DNA of 64,000 bases. It comes from Saprolegnia diclina VS20 (taxonomy: Eukaryota). Shown one piece after another: positions 61,694 through 64,000 of the stretch. Below the pieces are notes generated by a model. The model made no database searches, had not been told where the DNA came from, and saw only the letters and a program-made list of their open reading frames with translations. Each line of letters starts with the position of its first letter. Position 1 is the first letter of the stretch. The translations under genes were made by a program, and so were the position numbers. The DNA lies in assembly GCF_000281045.1 (NCBI RefSeq), contig NW_008246070.1, positions 1,286,193 to 1,350,192 of the forward strand, read 5' to 3'.

Positions 61694-63443
61694 ATGGTCT
61701 GGCTGCGCCTCCTCGTCGCCGGCGCCGCGACCGCCGTCGCCCACCACACGCTGCATTTGACGCGGCGCCTCGTCGTCAGCAGCAATGCGTCGTCGGTCGC
61801 AAGCGTCCCGCTCGAAAACTATGGCAACGTGCAGTACGTCGGCGAGCTCGCGTTCGGGTCGCCGCAGCAGAACCTCAGCGTCGTCTTCGACACGGGCAGC
61901 AGCGATACGTGGGTGCCGAGCATTGATTGCACGACCTGCGGCGTCCACGCCGCCTTTGACGCGGGCCTCTCGAGCACGTACCACAGCGCCAACGAACAAT
62001 TTATGGACGCGGTCCGACCTTGCGCGTTGGAGTCTCGAGGCTCATGTATGCTTCCTGTAGTATGGCAGCGGCGCCGTGCGTGGCGTCATTGGCGTCGACA
62101 CGATCGGCCTCGGCCCGTTCACAATCCCCAAGGCGCGCTTTGGCGTCGTGACGTCCGAAACCAAAGCCCTCGAGGTACGATCGATGCGATGTCAAGTGAT
62201 GGGCTCATGAATCTCTGCGCCCAGCTGTTCATTGCCGACGGTCTCGTGGGCTTGGCGTTCGAGAGTCTCGCCAAGATCACACGCCCGACGCTCTTCTCGC
62301 AGCTCATCCAGGACAACGTCCGGCATCGATGCTCTCACAACTCTAGTCACCATCGTATCTCATGTGTAGCCGAAGCTGGGCAACATGTTTGCCTTTTACA
62401 TGACGCCCGACCCAACGACACTCGGCTCACAGCTGCACCTGGGCGGCTACGACCTCTCGGTCGTGGGGCCGAATGCGAGCTGGCACTATACGCCTGTGGT
62501 CAAACTCCCAGGTGATACCATCATCATCTATGATGCAGGGTGTCAACGCCGCTGTGCTAGACTTTGACACGTTCACGTACTGGGCCGTCAAGTACGCTGC
62601 TTCCTTTTCGCATCCTTCTTACTTCGCATCTTAGGATGAATGGCTTTGCGGTCGGGAACGCCACCACCAACTACTGCGCGCCGTTCTGCTTCGCCATTGT
62701 ACTACGTCGCAAATGATGCCGTCGCGTCACGAGTCGACATGTAGGTCGACACGGGCACGTCACTCATTAGCATTCCGGGCACACAGTTTGATGATGTTGT
62801 GGCGACCATCACGGCCGGCCTCAACTGCGACGGCGTCATGTGCTATGACGTGGCGCTCGCAAGTTTTCCAGCGCTGCGCTTTGGGATGGCACCCGACAAC
62901 GTCTTTGAGCTGCAACCAAACGACTACGTGGCATGCATGGACAATGGCGCGTGCCGGCTCCAGCTTCAAAATTCCGGGTACGATAGTGTAATCTTTGTCG
63001 CTCACAGAACAGCGCGTCCTAGCGACGAAGCGTGGTGGGTCCTCGGTGATGTATTTATGAAGACGTACTACACACTCTTCGACGCGGGCAACATGCGCGT
63101 CGGCTTTGCGTGCAACGACGGCGTCTGCAAGGGCGGGACCGGGCACATCCACGGCGAAGACGACGACCGGACGTTCCTCATTTGGGAACACATATTCCTG
63201 TACGGCTCGATCTTTGCGGCGGCGACGCTCCTCCTCCTTGTGTTTTACATGCACCAGCACAACGAGCCGTCATTGTCGCCGGCCGTGCATCTCCCAGCGA
63301 CCAAGACGCACGCGATTCCAATCGTGCTGGCGGTCGAGCCGATCGACTCGGCGTCGCCGCTGCTGACGACCGAACGTCCGCTCGTCACGTCGTATGCGGA
63401 AGCGCGGCGCAACTACACGTCGCTGCCCGACTCGAAGGTCTAG
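61694..63443 (+). CDS. Pepsin-family (A1) aspartic protease with signal peptide and C-terminal TM anchor
   Basis: VVFDTGSSDTWV, YGSG, DGLVGLAF, AI|VDTGTS, WVLGDVF, TM IFLYGSIFAAATLLLLVFYM. Seven introns, including a 31-nt exon. Confidence 0.92.
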
Positions 63444-63483
63444 AGTCCACGCTACGTCGAGATTTATAAAAGTAATTATCGAG

Positions 63484-64000
63484 TTACGGCGCAAGCGGAG
63501 GCACGTCGTCGTCCTCTTCGTCGCTGCTCACGTCGAGGAGGTTGATCTCGTTGGCCAGCGCGGCTGCACAGTCCTCGTCGACGTCCTCTTCGATGTGGAT
63601 CGTTGTCGCGTCCTTGACCGGCGCCGGCTTGTCGAGCACCGACTCGAACACCGGTGCGGGCGCGGTGGGCGTCGACGTTGTTTGCTCGACGTCGTCGTTG
63701 GAGACGCCGAGCGACTTGGCGCGAATCTCGCCCCAATCGGGCTCCTCGCCTTCTTCGTCGCGAATGAGAAAGTCCACGAGCTTGTAAATCTGGTCGCTGA
63801 TCTCGTCGTTGCCCTCGACAATGTGGGCGTTGCGCACGATCGGGTAGACCTTGCGCTGGCGCAGGACGTTGCGGCCGTTCCGGGACGAGCAGAAGAGGAG
63901 GAGGCACTCGACCGCGGCCTGGCGCACGGCGTTGTCGGACTCGCGCTTCTTCTTGGGACCGAGGCTAGCAAGCACGAGCGCGCTGAGCCCGTTCTTCTCT
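63484..64000 (-). CDS. HGH1: HGH1/FAM203 (eEF2 co-chaperone), C-terminal part; 5' end outside the window
   Basis: KKRESDNAVRQAAVECLLLFCSSRNGRNVLRQRKVYPIVRNAH..DEISDQIYKLVDFLIRDE plus acidic tail. Confidence 0.85.
   Translation of the reverse strand, partial: EKNGLSALVLASLGPKKKRESDNAVRQAAVECLLLFCSSRNGRNVLRQRKVYPIVRNAHIVEGNDEISDQIYKLVDFLIRDEEGEEPDWGEIRAKSLGVSNDDVEQTTSTPTAPAPVFESVLDKPAPVKDATTIHIEEDVDEDCAAALANEINLLDVSSDEEDDDVPPLAP

Overview
Gene-dense, GC-rich eukaryotic DNA with many short (~40-60 nt) GT(ACG)...AG introns and oomycete-type Inr/FPR core promoters. The organism is most likely a Saprolegniales oomycete (Saprolegnia/Achlya-like; inference). I can support about 27 protein-coding genes, with exon structures read by eye: a truncated low-complexity gene, CTL/SLC44 choline transporter, WDR91, an mS45/Bot1-like mitoribosomal protein, acetylornithine aminotransferase, a coiled-coil protein, two phosphagen kinases in inverted orientation around CCT7, an IQ+PH-like protein, DHHC palmitoyltransferase, Bet1 SNARE, villin, PKA catalytic subunit, a GRIPAP1/CCDC186-like protein, a ~9.9 kb ankyrin-IP3R/RyR-family channel, lebercilin-like, HAUS8/QWRF-like, GGNBP2-like, an aldo-keto reductase, two tandem membrane-anchored RanBP2-ZnF HECT ligases, DRC8/EFCAB2, a TPR protein, a PX-like protein, an R2R3 Myb, CDC48, a membrane-anchored aspartic protease and truncated HGH1. 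I saw no rRNA, tRNA, CRISPR array or transposon. Three things stand out. (1) An intracellular Ca2+-release channel has ~12 ankyrin repeats fused in-exon to the IP3R suppressor domain, apparently degenerate IP3-contact residues and an RyR-type GGGIGD filter. (2) A 1.3 kb near-identical inverted repeat homogenises two phosphagen kinases while their N-termini have diverged. (3) The two HECT ligases have a signal peptide and a single transmembrane helix. All family calls come from motif recognition, not database searches.
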